A DNA stretch of 64,000 nt from Nitrosopumilus sp. GTDB taxonomy: Archaea; Thermoproteota; Nitrososphaeria; Nitrososphaerales; Nitrosopumilaceae. Where the stretch lies: contig OZ245040.1 in NCBI GenBank assembly GCA_965224195.1, positions 704,001 to 768,000 on the forward strand. The letters are read 5' to 3'. Under the pieces are notes generated by a model, which was not told the origin of the DNA, made no database searches, and was given only the letters and a program-made list of their open reading frames with translations. Position numbers and translations under genes: made by a program. Shown here piece after piece: positions 10,206 through 20,367 of this stretch (position 1 is its first letter; each line of letters starts with the position of its first letter).

Positions 10206-11876
10206 TTATCGTGTCCTAAATGATAAATAAGAAGGTAATTCCCCTAAAAGGTATCGGGATAAAAGTCTTGCCTGAATTTCCATGATTCTTCTATAACTTA
10301 CAACGTATCCTAATAATGGGTGTGTGATTGGAGTATCCATCCTTCGCTCAAAGGCATTGATGATCTTGCTTTTTCCATTTTTTGTAAGAGTCACACCGAA
10401 CTTTGTTCTTATAATATCTGCATTTGATAATTCACCATTATTGATTATTGTAATGCAAACTGAATCTGCAATTATTGGCCTGAATTCTTCAATTAAATCT
10501 AAGGCAAGTGCAGGTTTACCATATCTGGGTTTATGAAGAAACCCTAGATAGGGATCAAGGCCTACTCGTAATAGAGTAACTGTTGCCTGTTTTGTAAGCA
10601 TCGTATACAAAAATGAAAGTATCGCATTTACTGGGTCTAGAGGAGGGCGTTTGTTTCGCCCATTAAAATCAAAATCATACAAATTTGTTTTTAGCATTCC
10701 ATTAAATTCTGAAAAATAAATCTTTGCTGCAATTCCTTCAATTCCAAGAATTTGTTCGTACTTTTTAGCAACACGTGCCTTCTCTGCAAATTTATCAATC
10801 TCAGTGGATACCGTATTTGGCAGATGTTTGTGATTTCTACGCAACAACGTAATGCAATTTTTGATCTTCCCAAATACAATCTCTCTCGCAACTGGCATGA
10901 ATAATTTATCTTCTGCTGCTTGTTTGTATTGGCATAATCTTAGTTCCACATTCTTATGAGACATTCCATTAGTAATCCCTGTAAACCATCCACCATAGCT
11001 CAGATAGCATATTGGAATATTATTATCACACAGATAACGTACTGCTTGAGTCGTAACTTGAATATTTCCCATTATTGTGATATTGGAGATGTCAAGCATC
11101 CTGATTTTTTTTAACACATTACCTTGATATTTGATTACTATGCAATCATGATCCTTTGATACTACGGCGCCTTGTTCCTGAACATATACTGGCATTGAAT
11201 CATCTACAGCAGGATACATGCGTCTAACTTGACTTTTTTTAATTAATTTCTTAGACTTGCCTGCAAGCAGATTTATCTCATCTGGAAGACATATTCCAAC
11301 CAGAGCACATCTGGGGCATTTTGGACTGTCTACTAGTGGGGGTGGCATTATATTTGAACGTGCCATGTCACGCATTTGCTGGATCATCTTTTCTGTCTTC
11401 TCAACTAGAACATCTGAAAATACAACTTCTATGCGCTGTTTTGATGATATGTAATATATGATTCCTTTTGTACATGTATATCCGTGAGATCTAAGTAATA
11501 ATCCCTGACCACATATCTGAATCTTGTGATAATCATGTACTTTATCTGGAATATTTGGAACGGCACCACGTTTGTATTCTATGGGTGTGGCATATGATCC
11601 ATCTAATTCTAGCAGGTCCATCTTTGCAATGAGACCAACATTGCTGTCTGAAACAGTAATTGATCTTGCATGAATTACTTGATCAGGATCTTCTCTTAGT
11701 TTTTTATTTCCTGACGGTTTATCTACATTTCTGTGCTGCATCTTTCCATCTATTACATCTACAGTATCTGTAAACTCATTTTGTATCCACTGCATGTATG
11801 CTGAACGTGGACAATATGCATATTCTGCAAGCATACTTACAGGAATGAATCTTGGTTCTTTGTATTCTGCCATCAT
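10206..11876 (-). CDS. cas1: Cas4-Cas1 fusion (type I-G)
   Basis: N-terminal Cas4 (YCPR, DLLE..PIEYKRG, CPRCALVGIC Fe-S cysteines). C-terminal Cas1 (GIEG, RNKRPPLDPVNAILSFLY, GFLH, ALDLIEEFR). Confidence 0.95.
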   Translation of the reverse strand: MMAEYKEPRFIPVSMLAEYAYCPRSAYMQWIQNEFTDTVDVIDGKMQHRNVDKPSGNKKLREDPDQVIHARSITVSDSNVGLIAKMDLLELDGSYATPIEYKRGAVPNIPDKVHDYHKIQICGQGLLLRSHGYTCTKGIIYYISSKQRIEVVFSDVLVEKTEKMIQQMRDMARSNIMPPPLVDSPKCPRCALVGICLPDEINLLAGKSKKLIKKSQVRRMYPAVDDSMPVYVQEQGAVVSKDHDCIVIKYQGNVLKKIRMLDISNITIMGNIQVTTQAVRYLCDNNIPICYLSYGGWFTGITNGMSHKNVELRLCQYKQAAEDKLFMPVAREIVFGKIKNCITLLRRNHKHLPNTVSTEIDKFAEKARVAKKYEQILGIEGIAAKIYFSEFNGMLKTNLYDFDFNGRNKRPPLDPVNAILSFLYTMLTKQATVTLLRVGLDPYLGFLHKPRYGKPALALDLIEEFRPIIADSVCITIINNGELSNADIIRTKFGVTLTKNGKSKIINAFERRMDTPITHPLLGYVVSYRRIMEIQARLLSRYLLGELPSYLSFRTR

Positions 11877-12589
11877 TCTTCATATGGCACAAACATTCCA
11901 AGTCCAAAATGACATCCATATCCCAAAAAAAGCGGTCCAGATACAGGATTGCTAAATTCCAGCATTACCTCATATCCTGGCATCGGTTTTTCATTTGGTT
12001 TTCTAATACGCTTGAACTCTTTTGGTTGTATTTTAGATAGATGCATTGGTATGCTATTGTCCTTTACAACCACATTTATTATTTTATATAAAGGATATCT
12101 CCGTTTCAATTCCAATTCTACTTGATTCTTTGGAGTATCAGACACCTTATTGCCACGGATTTTTGTATGCCGATTTAATACAAAAGGCGTTTTTGAAATC
12201 CATTTTTTATGTTCCTGCATCATTGAATTATCTTCATTGATATTGTCACAAAGTATTACATGTGCACGTATGTTGTCGTGTTTAGAATATATCTCATCTA
12301 CTGCTTTAACCGCATCTAGTTCCAATATTGTAAGTTTAGTATCTGTCATAATTGTTATATGATCAATATATCCATCACAATCATCATCAGTGGGAATATA
12401 AAAAACATGTTCATGCCCATATAGTGGCATGCCATTAGAATCCTTTCCGGCCAGTGTTCTTGAAACATTGTTATTGTTTTGTCTTCCATAATGGGACATT
12501 ATTGCCAATCTGATTAAACTGCCAACATTAATTGTAAAAGTTATTGAAATATTGTTTTCATAAATTTGATATCTTAATGTGTTGCACAT
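11873..12589 (-). CDS. Stand-alone Csb2 C-terminal/Cas6-like RAMP protein (second copy)
   Basis: GHEHVFYIPTDDDCDGYIDH, WISKTPFVLNRH and the G-rich loop GPLFLGYGCHFGLGMF resemble the Cas6 half of Csb2. It has no Cas5-like N-terminal half. Confidence 0.75.
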   Translation of the reverse strand: MCNTLRYQIYENNISITFTINVGSLIRLAIMSHYGRQNNNNVSRTLAGKDSNGMPLYGHEHVFYIPTDDDCDGYIDHITIMTDTKLTILELDAVKAVDEIYSKHDNIRAHVILCDNINEDNSMMQEHKKWISKTPFVLNRHTKIRGNKVSDTPKNQVELELKRRYPLYKIINVVVKDNSIPMHLSKIQPKEFKRIRKPNEKPMPGYEVMLEFSNPVSGPLFLGYGCHFGLGMFVPYEE

Positions 12590-12598
12590 CTTATCATG

Positions 12599-13525
12599 TC
12601 AAACTTCCTTTGTTCCTTTTGTAAATCTCATTTGTTTATCTTTGGTAATTCTTTCTGAAGAATACAATTCCAATCCAATTTTGTCAAGTTCTTCTGGCTT
12701 AAACTTGGAGTAATCTGTAGACAAAATACCTCGAATTTCGTCCAGACCTGCAAACTCTTCCCATATTGGCCATACAAATTTTTTGTCATTCCATCCAATA
12801 GTACGTACATGCTTACCATCGTATAGTGTGGGATAAAGAGAAATAGCTTCTACTGCAAGTCTGTTTGCTCCATGCATAGATGGGTTAAAACTCGGTACAG
12901 GATCAAATATCAGCAGTGCATGCTCTCGTAGAAGAGATATAGGATCCCAATACATAGAAACACCGTCATCCAAATAATCCCATTCTTTAAAGAGTGTGGT
13001 ATGGATCCCTTCTTTCTTTCTTTCTATTTCCCCCACAAGCTTGTTTGCATTCCCAAATAAAGTTGCGTTTCCAGTTACAAACCGAAACAAACTATCTTTA
13101 ATTTCTTCTTTGTCTGGAAAAGCAACAGATGCAGCAAAATCATATAGGCGTCTTTTGCTTGAAAAATTATTAGAATCGATCTTATTCATAATCAGATCCA
13201 TAATAAAACCCATAAATTCATTGTATTGATCATATTTGTTGGCCTTTGTAGATTTTGAGTCCTTTTTATTTTTCCCCTTCATAATCCCTCCATAATCAAT
13301 GTCTTGTGGCTCAAACAAAGGATCATCTTTGCCAAGATGCTCTGCAAGTAGATCAGATATCTCTTCTTCTGTTGGTTCTTTACCATCTTTACATCGTATC
13401 TCTGCATTGGTATTCCAACGTAACTCCCATTCTGATTTTGGTTCTATCATGTCAAGTACTCTAATAGTTCCAAGGGATACCAAAAAATTAAATGGGTTGT
13501 CAGGGTATAAACTGTGTAAGATCAA
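12599..13525 (-). CDS. Type I-G large subunit, Csb3-like (Cas8g/Cas8u)
   Basis: Follows cas3. The N-terminal LHSLYPDNPFNFLVSLGTIRVL and C-terminal GANRLAVEAISLYP..FVWPIW resemble the Cas8u family. The likely start is the TTG overlapping the cas3 stop (308 aa); the ORF track extends it to 13594. Confidence 0.7.
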   Translation of the reverse strand: MILHSLYPDNPFNFLVSLGTIRVLDMIEPKSEWELRWNTNAEIRCKDGKEPTEEEISDLLAEHLGKDDPLFEPQDIDYGGIMKGKNKKDSKSTKANKYDQYNEFMGFIMDLIMNKIDSNNFSSKRRLYDFAASVAFPDKEEIKDSLFRFVTGNATLFGNANKLVGEIERKKEGIHTTLFKEWDYLDDGVSMYWDPISLLREHALLIFDPVPSFNPSMHGANRLAVEAISLYPTLYDGKHVRTIGWNDKKFVWPIWEEFAGLDEIRGILSTDYSKFKPEELDKIGLELYSSERITKDKQMRFTKGTKEV

Positions 13526-16329
13526 TTTGTGCCACCGCTTGCTTCCCAATCCGCAAGTATGAATAAGGCCTCCAACCATGCAAGTCCCCACCACCCATAC
13601 TTTCTAACACATATCCAAAAACGTTTTGCAGCTCCACTTCCAACACGCTCAATTCCAGTAGACGCTTGAGCTTGTAGCGTTTTCCCATCCAAAACATACT
13701 CTATATTTGGATTTTCATCATCGATGACTACTGGTACAAACGGTCTACAATGACCATGATGGGATTCTACTAGGTGTAAAAATAAATCATTATCGAAAGT
13801 ATTCAGTGTTTTAGCAAATTCTGATGAAATAAATTCATGCCTAAAGCCCTTTGGGTAATATATGACACTTGAATCTTTTTTCTTCCCGTTATCTTTTGCA
13901 CGAAGTTGTGGATGGTGCATTTTTGATCTATACAGCATGTCTTGGAATCTTTTGTCTGCCTTTCCTATGTCGTGCACCTTTGCAGTCATTTCAAATAATG
14001 CAGTAAAATCATCTAGTTTTAGTTTTTCTACATATTTCTTAACATTTTTCACAACATCATCTGTATGATCCTCTAAAATTTCTTTTGGGGTATCTTTGTC
14101 TTTTTTTTGGCCTGTTTTATATCTGGATTTGATTAGCAAAATGTTGTCATCTAGCTCTCCAATATGATCTATAGGAGAATTTGTCATATCACTGTCGATT
14201 TTTAAAGTTTTGTCAATTGCTTTCAGGGAATCCCACAATGGAGTTTTTTCTAGTGATTTCCATATTGTTTTTTTAATTTTTTCAATATCCATCTTTGAAT
14301 ATTCATTTTTTATAGCATGAATAAGATCTTTTCCCTCATCTGTCATCTTTACTGGAAAGTTATTTCCCATTCTAATTACTAGTTTCTTTGTTGATTCAAA
14401 TGTAGCTTTTTCGGCAATGTCTACACATGTCTTGTCTGTATTTTCATTTGACCCATATTCATCCATGTCCGGTATGTGACCTAGTTTTGACCATCCTCCA
14501 TCTTCAGTACGTAGCACAATAACATCACTAGGTTTTATATCATCTGGGTTAATTTCACCGTTCTGACCTGATTTTTTACCGCGCCAAACCCATGCACTTA
14601 TCTTTGCTCGCTTCTCATTGTCCATGCCTTTTGCTCGCTTCTCATTGTCCATGCCTTCTGCTAACTGCCATTCCACATCTCCATCAGCGCATAAATCCTT
14701 TTCATTTTTTAGATATTTGCGAATATCCCATATTGGGACTTGCATGGATTCAATAGATTTTGGTAAAAGTGCATTCATTATGTCTTCCCAATTGGCATCT
14801 AGGCCAGAACGCCATATTACAGAGACCATTGGTGAGCCTCGCTCAAAGCCATGTAGAAATGGAGATATGTCAGGATCAATGTGAAGATGGTTGTGTGTTT
14901 GACATAACAGATCCATATGAGATGGTAAAAGATTGCATGATACTGGTCCTGGCATAACAAATTCTGCCACCTGATCATAATTACATTTATCAATTATTTT
15001 CTTGAATTTTTTTATCCCAAAATCTATCGTGTCGTTTGTGGCATTATTTTTAAGAAAGTCCCATGTTTTGCTTACTGTATCACCATATATAAAATCACTA
15101 CCATTACTATTTACGACAGATTTTGGCGCAACTATCGAACACCGTGAATTTAGATATTCGCCGCTACGGTTAAGCCTTCCAAATCTTTGCCTAAGTGAAT
15201 CTAAACTTGATGCCTCACTGACCATACCTGCAAAATCAAGATCAGCACCTACCTCAAGACACTGTGTTGTCACGATAAATGTTACTTCAGTGGGTTTTTT
15301 TTCACCTGTCTTAAATGGTTTTATATCGCGCCATAATTTATCACGATCCCATGGTCTCATTCTTCCAATCATGAGATGTGTATTGTGATGGCCACTTTCC
15401 TTTAATTTGCGATATACCTCTTTTGCTGTTGCGATTCTGTTTACAACTATGGCAATTGCTTTAATGTTGTCTTTCTCTAACTCTAAAGCTTGTTTTTGAA
15501 TATCTGATGCAAGTTTCTCATAATCCTTACTGTCTTTTGCATTTGATTCTATTAACTTACACATTTTAGAGGCCTCAACTATGCGTTTTATTTTATCATG
15601 TTTATAGTCAGCATCAGAGAGTTCAAATCTTTCTGTCTCTTTAATGGGTGTTGCAGTCATTTCTACCACACCCCATGGTCTAGGGATTGATTTACCCTCA
15701 ATCCAAGGTTCCTTCCTAAATTCTTCAATACGTCTTAATGTCTCTGTGAATGGTTTGCTGATATGCGTCTCATCTAGTATCCAAAGACAATCATATCCCA
15801 AAAGCCCTGCATTTACAAGTCTAGACATACGTCCTAGGCCATATCCGCGAAAGAGTAATCTGGATCCTGCTTGATCTACAGTTGATGCGATAACAATTGG
15901 TTGTACTGGATTACTACTCCATTCATTATCAATATGAGTTCCACCCCGGAGGACAGCATGCATTAGAGCTGTTTTACCTCCAGAAATATCACACAGGCTC
16001 TTTTTCACCCTCCCCAGTATCGAGTCATCTGTTGATTTCTCTAACTCATCGGATATTTTCTTGGCACGCTCATTTCCTTCATCTACAACTATTCGTCTGT
16101 TGACAACAAACACTATTCTTCTTGGATTCTTCTCAGGATTACATGCAAGTGCATATACTGCTATATCTATGCATGACGTCTTTCCACATCCAGTTGGAAC
16201 ATTTATGCTTTCAGGCCATCTACCTGTCTCAATTACTTGCTCGGCAAGCTTGCTTTGCCACGGGTATGGCTCATATCCATGTATTTCTCGATAAAAATCC
16301 TTAAACTCACAGGAAGTTAATTCAACCAT
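13522..16329 (-). CDS. cas3: Type I-G Cas3 helicase with C-terminal HD nuclease
   Basis: PYPWQ, PTGCGKT, STVDQ.GSRLLFRGYG, DETH, MTAT, EVGADLDF and QRFGRLNR, followed by C-terminal EDH, HDIGK, RHE, HHG and LAD motifs. Confidence 0.93.
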   Translation of the reverse strand: MVELTSCEFKDFYREIHGYEPYPWQSKLAEQVIETGRWPESINVPTGCGKTSCIDIAVYALACNPEKNPRRIVFVVNRRIVVDEGNERAKKISDELEKSTDDSILGRVKKSLCDISGGKTALMHAVLRGGTHIDNEWSSNPVQPIVIASTVDQAGSRLLFRGYGLGRMSRLVNAGLLGYDCLWILDETHISKPFTETLRRIEEFRKEPWIEGKSIPRPWGVVEMTATPIKETERFELSDADYKHDKIKRIVEASKMCKLIESNAKDSKDYEKLASDIQKQALELEKDNIKAIAIVVNRIATAKEVYRKLKESGHHNTHLMIGRMRPWDRDKLWRDIKPFKTGEKKPTEVTFIVTTQCLEVGADLDFAGMVSEASSLDSLRQRFGRLNRSGEYLNSRCSIVAPKSVVNSNGSDFIYGDTVSKTWDFLKNNATNDTIDFGIKKFKKIIDKCNYDQVAEFVMPGPVSCNLLPSHMDLLCQTHNHLHIDPDISPFLHGFERGSPMVSVIWRSGLDANWEDIMNALLPKSIESMQVPIWDIRKYLKNEKDLCADGDVEWQLAEGMDNEKRAKGMDNEKRAKISAWVWRGKKSGQNGEINPDDIKPSDVIVLRTEDGGWSKLGHIPDMDEYGSNENTDKTCVDIAEKATFESTKKLVIRMGNNFPVKMTDEGKDLIHAIKNEYSKMDIEKIKKTIWKSLEKTPLWDSLKAIDKTLKIDSDMTNSPIDHIGELDDNILLIKSRYKTGQKKDKDTPKEILEDHTDDVVKNVKKYVEKLKLDDFTALFEMTAKVHDIGKADKRFQDMLYRSKMHHPQLRAKDNGKKKDSSVIYYPKGFRHEFISSEFAKTLNTFDNDLFLHLVESHHGHCRPFVPVVIDDENPNIEYVLDGKTLQAQASTGIERVGSGAAKRFWICVRKYGWWGLAWLEALFILADWEASGGTN
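14603..14657. repeat. In-frame 27-bp tandem duplication inside cas3
   Basis: TTTGCTCGCTTCTCATTGTCCATGCCT occurs twice, encoding GMDNEKRAK twice. Confidence 0.95.
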
Positions 16330-17780
16330 TGTTTATCCCACCATGGCCTACACAAACCATACCCATTATATCTTCCAGCTCCTAATAATAATGGACCTGT
16401 GATTTTTTCCTTGAATTGAAGTCGTGCATGCACTTGTATTCTGTTTTCTGCATACTTTGGAAATGTGTTGGACTTTGGCACTCCCTTTAGAAATGCAATA
16501 TTTGATATGGATACATCAGGTTCAGGAAGATTTTGATATGTGCATGATTTGGATATTATTTCCCCCGCTTTGTCATTCCAGGTTGTACTATCTTTTACAC
16601 GTGGAATTCTATCTAATATTATTGGTGTTGTTGTAACCCATGTTCTTGCAGATTCTTTCCAAGTATTCGGGTCTAGCGTTCTTATGGGGTGATCCGGAGG
16701 ATCCAAAGAAAACACTATGTCATCATAATTTTTATTCTTGATTCTAATCTCCGTGGATTCTTTAGTGCCAAACAATGCCTTTGAAATAACATCTTCACTT
16801 TTAGAATCTCTTTCACGTGGAAATATGATTGCAACGCCACGAATTAATCCGTCTGCATATGAATGGCCTGTAAAAGATAATGGTACTATTGCAATATGTG
16901 GCTTTTTACTTGGATTTCCATCCGTATCAAGTCCTGATATATATTCTGGCGAATTACTTTCCTGTATTTTATTTCTTAGAGATCGTATTACATGTTTGCT
17001 GTGTAATAAACTGGGTTTTTGATCACTTGTAATTGGCATAATCCACATATCTGAAAATTGACCTCGAATACAGGGTGCTTTCTGATCTTGTTTTTTAGAA
17101 TATCTGTATTCTGGTAGAGATATGGCATTAAGACGTGCTTTTCTGATAAAATATTCATCATGACTTTTAAGAATGTCTTTTACCATAAATGATTTTTCTA
17201 GTTTGGATAATAGTCCTTTTGATGCCCAGCGAACTGTGGTATCTCCAAACTTGTCTGGAATCATGGCAGGATCTATGCTGACTTTTGAATCATTAACGGT
17301 TAATGAGACAAAACTGCTACTGTGACCCAACCTATGAACTCGAGAACAAAGTGTCTTTAACGTATTCGAGTATTTTTGAGAATCTGCATCATCCCATACA
17401 AAATACACTGGGTCATACCCTGTTATGGTGGTGGGAAACATGCGTGACTTGCGTATTCTATTTAGAGGTATTTCTAATGTTGTCAACAGTGCACCGCCTT
17501 TTTTGACTTTTTTCCCAATTTCATCATTTATTGGAACATATGTTTCTACAATATCACGTTTGGTAATTTTATCTGGTTCATAATATATCCAAGGGGGGCT
17601 ACATTGTTCAAGCCACTCTAAAGCTTTCTTTTCATTTTGTTTTTCACCTCCATCAAAATATGCCGACACCATTGCCATAAACAATCTGCCTGGATGTGGT
17701 GGCCATTCTGGTTTTTTATCTTGTTTTAAATTTGTTGCAGTATAGCGTCCTGTCAAAAACTCTATGCTGATAGACAGCAT
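16317..17780 (-). CDS. csb2: Type I-G Cas5/Cas6 fusion Csb2
   Basis: FLTGRY, PEWPPHPGRLFMAMV, ALEWLE, YVPIND, LGHSSSFV, WVTTTPIILDR and GPLLLGAGRYNGYGLCRP. Confidence 0.92.
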   Translation of the reverse strand: MLSISIEFLTGRYTATNLKQDKKPEWPPHPGRLFMAMVSAYFDGGEKQNEKKALEWLEQCSPPWIYYEPDKITKRDIVETYVPINDEIGKKVKKGGALLTTLEIPLNRIRKSRMFPTTITGYDPVYFVWDDADSQKYSNTLKTLCSRVHRLGHSSSFVSLTVNDSKVSIDPAMIPDKFGDTTVRWASKGLLSKLEKSFMVKDILKSHDEYFIRKARLNAISLPEYRYSKKQDQKAPCIRGQFSDMWIMPITSDQKPSLLHSKHVIRSLRNKIQESNSPEYISGLDTDGNPSKKPHIAIVPLSFTGHSYADGLIRGVAIIFPRERDSKSEDVISKALFGTKESTEIRIKNKNYDDIVFSLDPPDHPIRTLDPNTWKESARTWVTTTPIILDRIPRVKDSTTWNDKAGEIISKSCTYQNLPEPDVSISNIAFLKGVPKSNTFPKYAENRIQVHARLQFKEKITGPLLLGAGRYNGYGLCRPWWDKQWLN

Positions 17781-17782
17781 AG

Positions 17783-19057
17783 TTAATCTCCTTTTGAATC
17801 ATCTTCTAATCCACTTTGTGAATTTTTTATACACTGAATAAGATCCTGATTTGGTAATAATTTCATAGGTGTTGTATCCCATGGCAAATCATTACTAGTT
17901 GCATCTTTAATCGAGTCTTCTAATAATTTAATTGCACCTTTACTGTCAAGAGTAAATGTTTTATCCATATTGCCGAGTACATCCCAAGTTGTTGGTTCTT
18001 TTTGTATCAAAACACATCTTGAGCGAAGATCCAATCCATTTTCCACCGAAAGCGTAAATGCTACAAGTCCAAGTGCTGTTAATACTGCTCTTGCTGCATC
18101 ATCTTTTTGTATATTTATTGATTTTTCATTTTCATTAGGAAAATGTAGTTTTCGGAGTCCAGCAAGAGAGATAACACATGTCTGTTCTGCATATTCTATT
18201 GTTGCTCCATTTGCAGCGATATCCCCTTTTTTGATAGTGTTGTCGTTAGAAAGGGGATTACTTGAACCAGGTAAGTTATCACTATATGTATTGAGACTTG
18301 GTGCGACATTTCCTAGGTTTATGTTAGATAATTTCCCTTCTCGATATTTTGTTGACTTGTCTTTTTCGTCCTTTTTTGCTTCATTTTCATCAAGCGTCCA
18401 ACCTCCATCTTCTTTTTCCCATACTCTGCTATCAGAAGTTTTTTGGATTAAAGGATCAATACGGCTTGAAGTACCAACTCCAAACACTGCATTAATGCCA
18501 ACTATTTCACTAGTAATTACCCGTTCAAATTTGTTTCCCGATCCTCCTTTTGGACCTGCAGAGTCCCACATGCCAAAAAGTAATGCTGTAGGACATGTGC
18601 CAAACAGAGATGTAGAAGAATAAGGTGTAGAGTTTAGTATTTTGATACCCTCTTCAGATTCACGAAACGGCTTACCATTTAAAATACATTCCCTAAACAA
18701 TGCATCAGCTATGCGGTGCGGTGCCTGAAGGCTTGTTAAACGATTTCCTACAATGTCTAAATCATCTTTACTTGATTCAGAAAAATCAATTACAGCTAAC
18801 GGTAGTTTTATTTTTTCAGAATCAACAGCATTTTGTAATGCTTCCTCCATACGATTTGCTTGGCTAGCAACAGAATCCATCAAAACACATTTGGTTGTTT
18901 TTTCATTAACCAATCTGTCTTCTATGGCATACACTCCTCCTGCATATGTAGAGGGAAATATTTTACTATGTTGCCCACCGGCTGGATATAATTTGTTAAT
19001 TGTTCTTATGGCCACCTGATCTTTTATAATTTCCTTAAATTCTTGAAATTCTAACAT
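17783..19057 (-). CDS. csb1: Type I-G Cas7 backbone Csb1
   Basis: KIFPSTYAG, DSVASQANRME, APHRIADA, PTALLFGMWDS, SSRIDP, ISLAGLRKL and LRSRCVL. Confidence 0.92.
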   Translation of the reverse strand: MLEFQEFKEIIKDQVAIRTINKLYPAGGQHSKIFPSTYAGGVYAIEDRLVNEKTTKCVLMDSVASQANRMEEALQNAVDSEKIKLPLAVIDFSESSKDDLDIVGNRLTSLQAPHRIADALFRECILNGKPFRESEEGIKILNSTPYSSTSLFGTCPTALLFGMWDSAGPKGGSGNKFERVITSEIVGINAVFGVGTSSRIDPLIQKTSDSRVWEKEDGGWTLDENEAKKDEKDKSTKYREGKLSNINLGNVAPSLNTYSDNLPGSSNPLSNDNTIKKGDIAANGATIEYAEQTCVISLAGLRKLHFPNENEKSINIQKDDAARAVLTALGLVAFTLSVENGLDLRSRCVLIQKEPTTWDVLGNMDKTFTLDSKGAIKLLEDSIKDATSNDLPWDTTPMKLLPNQDLIQCIKNSQSGLEDDSKGD

Positions 19058-19079
19058 TGTGATCTATATTGAGATAATC

Positions 19080-19087
19080 TATATAAA
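19080..19087 (-). promoter_or_regulatory. Putative TATA box of the cas operon
   Basis: TTTATATA on -, 23-30 nt upstream of the csb1 ATG, typical of leaderless archaeal promoter spacing. Confidence 0.55.
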
Positions 19088-20144
19088 CTGTGTTGCACAA
19101 CTAGCCATTTGACCTAGATTATTGTACCAATAAACCATTAGATCATTAATTAATTTCATCACTCAGGCTTTAGATCAGAATATTCTTCATAATCTCATGA
19201 AACCGTAATTGGAAAAAATACAACAAATCATTAGTTAGACGTGGAGAAACCATGTTGTCTTTTGATGCAATAGATTCATGGAGTACCGAACTCAAAGAGA
19301 TGAACCACAAAAAAGAGGGAGTGGCATTAATTTGAATATTCTGAATCCTTCATGAAATCAGCAACTGGAATACTGTCATCTCTATTTGCATCTGCCATTC
19401 AGACAAGCAGAAGGTCTGATAAAATCACACCTACAAGAAAAGACAAAAACTCCTTATCCTATTTTGCAATCTGGAAACGTCTCAACAAGCTGAACCTCAA
19501 AATTAATCCTAGATTAGGAAAAGATACCGTAATTGCAATTGACAGCACCAGAGTCAAGGCTGCAGACAGAGGTGGGAGTGGATGAGGCAAAGGAGAAGAA
19601 GGGTTCCTGAAGATTCATGTGGCAGCCGTGTAAAATCAAAACAAATCACAGGTTTAGAAATCACATATGACAAGTCACATGATCTAAAATCTTTTATCTC
19701 TCTATAGTTGAACAATCAAAAAAAAATTGGCAGTGCAACTGAAACTCTAGCTGATGGTGCAATGATGCCACAGATAATTTCTCATATTTGTACCATGAAG
19801 GTATCATTACATGAAGATGTCATTCCAGGAATAAAAACAAGAAAGAACTCATCTGTAAACACTGATTGTTATCCAAGACGAAAATCGGTTTTGGCTCAAA
19901 TTTTCAACCATGAGTTGTGGAAGAACAGCGTAAGCTAGGAACATACGGATTGCAGAGTCAGTATTTTCTGCATTCAAGCGAATGTTTGGTGAGGCATGTC
20001 ACATCCCACAAAAGAAAAAATATGATTCATGAACTCAAAATAAAAGTCTGTTTGTACAATAAGATGATTGCAATGCAATAAAACGATTTGAAACAATTGA
20101 TTCATTCAAGGAATGTTGATGATTTTTGTGGTTGGGAAACACAG
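19088..20144 (+). mobile_element. Degenerate IS5-family (IS903-like) element with a fragmented transposase
   Basis: Fragments KYNKSLVRRGE, AIDSTRVK, KIHVA, LADGA and AESVFSAFKRMFGE fall in several frames. Imperfect TIRs are CTGTGTTGCACAAC (19088) and GTTGGGAAACACAG (ends 20144). No TSD is visible. Confidence 0.75.
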
Positions 20145-20229
20145 CATGACAAAGTACTGTTTGATGTAAGGTGTGTGATACTCGACGTATGGCAGTGATT
20201 GCCTTGATGCTAAAGCCCATACCAAAAGG

Positions 20230-20303
20230 CGCCTCCCACCAGACTTGAACTGGTGACCAACCGGTTAACAGCCGGTTGCTCTACCACGCTGAGCTAGGGA
20301 GGC
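20230..20303 (-). tRNA. tRNA-Asn(GTT)
   Basis: GCCTCCC acceptor stem, TAGCTCAG D-arm, ACCGG CTGTTAA CCGGT anticodon arm, GTTCAAGT T-loop and GGGAGGCG end. Confidence 0.95.
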
Positions 20304-20367
20304 ACACGATTGTACCTTGGCAAAAGTGATTTAATCTTTGCGACTATTGCTTAATCAGCTAAAATCC

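Noticed and set aside
13526-13594. N-terminal extension of the cas8g ORF overlapping cas3
   Set aside because: A TTG start overlapping the cas3 stop is more plausible, and family-like sequence begins there.
17970-18623. Long antisense ORFs (217 aa here; 229 aa at 39315-40004)
   Set aside because: They lie opposite well-supported genes (csb1, bioB) and lack recognisable motifs.
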